From Podarcis bocagei (Eukaryota), in assembly GCA_964188305.1 (NCBI GenBank), contig OZ076893.1: a stretch of 64,000 nucleotides of DNA; one strand, given 5' to 3'. Within the stretch, counting starts at the first letter, position 1. Each line of letters opens with the position of its first letter. The position numbers and the translations under genes were made by a program. Positions 59,851-64,000 of the stretch are shown piece after piece. The notes under the pieces were generated by a model. The model searched no databases, had not been told where the DNA came from, and saw nothing but the letters and a program-made list of their open reading frames with translations.

Positions 59851-62518
59851 AGAAAAGAGTAGTGCCTCCTGGTGGGAATACATGTGCTATCGTTTAGGCA
59901 AATGTTATTCAAGATGAAATAAAATATCTGAGGGTATTCAGAGATTCAAAATACAGTAAATTTATGTTTGGCTTCCTAATGAACTGAATTATTTATAGAA
60001 TCCAGGAATTGTAGGCCTAGAAGGGAAATGAAAGGCACCAAGGTCAAGCTTCTGCATACCAACTTAACATCATGGACTAGGTCATTTATAGTATAAAGTA
60101 TACCACAATAAGAATGAATGAGAAGATGAAGCACAGGAACTATTTGTAAGGCAGGATAGGTACAGTAGAATCCACCTAAGATCACTCAAAGGAAGGTGAA
60201 TGAGAACTCTGTGAGGCCAAAGTGGGAAAGCATTCCATGCGAACATCAGCTGAACATGGGATCAGTCCATTCTAAAAGGCAGACAAGTGCTGCCCCCAAG
60301 GAGTAGGTGATAGCCCTCTGCTGCTCACAAGGGAGTTGAGTTCAAGTCCTCACATCTGGAGTAGTGGAGACAGGCACCATGAGAAATCCAGTGTTAGCTG
60401 TGCTGAAGTTTATTATTTTTATACATAATTGTATTTCTACCATATCATTTTAGCTTTATTGTAAGCTGTTTTGTGAAGGCTTTTTGCCTTGAAATGTAGG
60501 GTGTACTGTAAATAAACACTGGAATGAATGAATGAATGAATAAAAGCAAAATAGGTACTGCACAAGGATTCATACAGAGATATTGTAGTAGGTACATTCT
60601 GTAGCCATTCTCTTGATTCAGCTGGAACAAGAACTTGTGCAAGCTATTGCATCTCCAGATGAACATCTTTGGTATCCTTAATGAGCAGAAGACAGCTTCT
60701 TTATGCAGAAGGGCACCTTTGGATCCAGCCCAATAATAATGTTTTAGAGTAAATGAGTTTTCAGTGTGGCCAGTATTTTTCATTGGATGTATTTTTTTTT
60801 CAAAGCAGAACATTTGTTCAGCTTTATTAATAATGGTGTTATAATGGTATATTTATATTTTCCTTCTCTGGCACATTATACTTATTGAAATATATTTGAC
60901 AAATAAATGCAAATGGAAACATTATATTGCTGTTAGACAAGTCCTAAATTCATAAGTTTATGACTTCAAATTACCTATTGATTTTTGGTTCATTTCAATT
61001 GAATATCAATAGACAGCCCAACTAAAAACTTTTGCTTTTCCCCCTCTGTCTCTGAGAAGGAAACTTTTACCATCTGCATTCCTATTTTAAAGGGATAATT
61101 GCTTAGAAGCACCAAATGTGCAGCCTTTATAGGTTGTTATATTACAGAAAACAAATGATGTATTACATGATACATAATTACAATCCAATATAAATTTCAG
61201 ATCAATCTGGATATTTTTCCAGCAATCCATTCACTTAATTATAAAAAACTTATTTTGTACAAAATATGAAGTAGCAGAAGAAATTATATTTCATAAATTC
61301 AACTGAGGTGTTAGCAGGCTTCAAGTTGCTACTGTACTTCATTATTTATTGCTGTAAGATTTTGCTTCTTTTTTATATTCTGCCACAATGGAACCATAAA
61401 GCTTGAAGATGGTTTTAATTTTTCTGTCCTTGCTGTGTAATTTCTCTGTCTGGCTATCTCTAGATAATGGTAGTTCTTTTTTTAGACATAATGTTTGACA
61501 CACCTTCATATTTCTCTGCATCTTGCATTGATAGGTTCTCACTTTTTGATTGTCTTCTTTCATTATACCAGTCAATGCAAAATGCTGACAATGAAATACT
61601 ATTTCTCCAGAATCTCTGGCCCAGCATGGTATGTTCCCCCAACTCTGTTAGTTTTGTATTCTTCATAGTTCAAGGCTTATATTATTTTGCCTATAATTCC
61701 ATGCCATTGAATTTTTCATCTCCCTGTCATGCTTTGTGTCTGTCTGGACCTTTATGTCTCATTTTCATATCCAGGTTCATTTTTATTTTTGTTTTTGCTT
61801 TTTACATCTTTCTAGAAATCCTTTCCTAGTAGTTTTATATGGTTGTTGTTTTTTTTACTCTGTTTGACAGCTGATTCGTAATCCTTAAATCATAACTCAC
61901 AGACGGGTAGACTTGAATAACTGCAGCATTAACCTTGAACTTGGTTTGAACATTGTAATGTAGTTCCTACTAAGAGAGTTTGAACAATCATATATCAGCA
62001 TTATAATCTGATGTAAGAATCTTTTTGACTTCACATGCAGTGCCTTTGCTTCTCCCTCTCTGGTGGGCACAAACAAATTCAAATGTCTTCCACTAATTAT
62101 AGGTTCTTGTTTTGTTATTCTTTGGATCAAGCCAGGATATTAAACCATCTTCATACCACTATTTAATATGTTGGCTTCTTCCAAAGCTCATCAACCATGG
62201 TTTCCTATATTGGACAATATGGGAATCTATGGTTAGCAGAAGAATTCCTGGTTTATTTGATCCTACTATAAAAAGTGGGGACTAAGACTATGTGCTGCTT
62301 TTAAAGGGCACAAATGGCTGTTTTAAATTTATTTATTTAGATAATGTATATATTGTTTCACATTTTGAAAAGAAAAATATCTAAGCAGTTCATGACTATT
62401 CCAAACAGCACATAAAGGTTACATTTTTTTAAAAAAAGAAAACAATAATAAATACAATGCATTATTTTAAATGATAAAAATTTAGCAGTCAGTAAGAAAA
62501 CAGAGTACAGTAACCTTC

Positions 62519-62706
62519 CAGGGGTGCCAGCTTGAATAAAATATTGGGGAGGCAGGTAAGCCCCACCCCACATAATCAATCACATGATGTGGCGCGCACA
62601 CACCATTTGAGTGACAATGCCCATCAACTTTGGGGGGCCCAGCTCCCTCAAATATTTTAATGGGGAAGCAGAATGGAACTTCGGCTCCTGGGAGTTGGCT
62701 CCTATG
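62519..62706. mobile_element. hAT-like MITE
   Basis: Imperfect TIRs CAGGGGTGCCAGCT / AGTTGGCTCCTATG; flanks aaccttcc/aaccctcc are a possible 8-bp TSD. Confidence 0.55.
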
Positions 62707-64000
62707 AACCCTCCTAAGTATCAAAATAGGGCTGGGTAAATAAATGAGGTTTTAAAAGACATTTGAAACATATAGCTGGTGGGGTTTCATGCACCTGTTT
62801 TGAGAGGAAATTCTGGAGTGTTCTTATTCAACACATGATTATCCGAATGTGGTCATTGTGACAAATATTTAACAAACTGCAAGAGATACATTAATAACTA
62901 GAGACCTGCAGTTCAAAATCTGGCAGTGAATTTAGATCTTTATTTAAAAGTTATCACTCCTGTCTTCTAATCTCACTGACTCAGAAATGCCTAACCTTCG
63001 CCCTTTCCTAGTCAACCGCTTCTTAATAGTTTGATTCTTCCTGAAGGTTCCATGACACCGCAGAAGCCAATTTCTGTCCATTTTTAGACCATTGGTTGAG
63101 GGAACTAAATTAAGGTTACTCTTATTTTTTCTAGACTGAGCTCAATAGATTTTAAAAGGCCTGTTCTTGTGTCCCCAACCATGACGTTTTCCCTAGAGCA
63201 CCTCATCTTCTGCTACCATTGAAATTACATAGGGCATTGGTTTGACTCACCAGCAATTATGATGTTTGCTTTTATAAGCCTGCAAAGCATTTGAAGGAAA
63301 ATACTGTTCAAATGCTCAGAGTAAACCTGTTATTGCTATATGTCCAATAAAAGTATACAAAGTTTGTCCCAGCAGATGGATTTAAGTTCAAAGACTGTCA
63401 GTCTGCATAGCAGAGACTTTCAAGATAATGTTTTCATGAGTTTGCTTTTAGAGTGCCCTGAATTTTTCAGATACACTTCAAAATATTGCAAAATGGCAAG
63501 GGGGAGGGAAATGAAGTGGGAAAAGAAAAACATTTGCCTAGTTCTGTTTGCCTTTTCAAATAGTCAAGAAATAGCTGATTGGAAGGGTGAAGTGGGCAAT
63601 CATTGGTAACCTATTAAAAAGAAAGCTTTGTTCTTGGATTTCCCCTTGCTTCACTTAACAGATTCCTGTTCTTCCTTTGCTCTTTTGCCTAGTAATGTGG
63701 TGATTTTGTTTCTGTGTGATATAAGAGCTTGATTAATGCTCACCTTTAAGAAATGAATCTCACATTTGAATCTCATATTTTCTTTAAAATAAAAATAAAA
63801 ATCACCCCTTTTCACTCCAGGAAGCACCATCGTGATATTTACATTAATTGACTTAATTTTTGCGCTTCATTTCTTTTTCATGATCTTGTATGCTTCCAGA
63901 TGAGTGTCTAAATATAGTGTCATTTCTGCATGCTAAAATAGCATCTCCAGGTTTGTGTTTTATCCTGTGAATGGTATTTGCCTATATTATTTCCCATTTC

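Overview
Vertebrate genomic DNA. The repeat content (Sauria-type SINE, BovB/RTE, L2 and CR1 LINE fragments, hAT and Tc1/mariner MITEs) points to a squamate, probably a lizard. The whole window lies inside the RP1 (retinitis pigmentosa 1 / oxygen-regulated protein 1) locus on the + strand. Bases 2-3877 are the 3' part of the giant RP1 coding exon (exon-4 equivalent), ending in TAA. Downstream I reconstructed by hand 22 small GT-AG exons (9014-59294) of an alternative long RP1 isoform, in the order PLAT1, PLAT2, two tandem beta-trefoil domains, linker, PLAT3, PLAT4, linker, PLAT5; the gene continues past the window. The most striking observation is that the two beta-trefoil domains look like fibroblast growth factor (FGF) cores. 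The first keeps the canonical FGF exon layout (phase-1 intron, 104-bp middle exon, phase-0 intron). The central exon(s) of PLAT4 appear to be missing, which breaks the reading frame. The introns contain a young 1.8-kb ORF1-only (HAL1-like) retroelement with an 18-bp TSD, a 1.3-kb TA-flanked non-autonomous transposon carrying a 6x106-bp hairpin minisatellite, and hAT MITEs with telomere-like repeats. Most other ORFs in the track are spurious or derived from repeats. All exon and family calls were made by eye; no searches were run.
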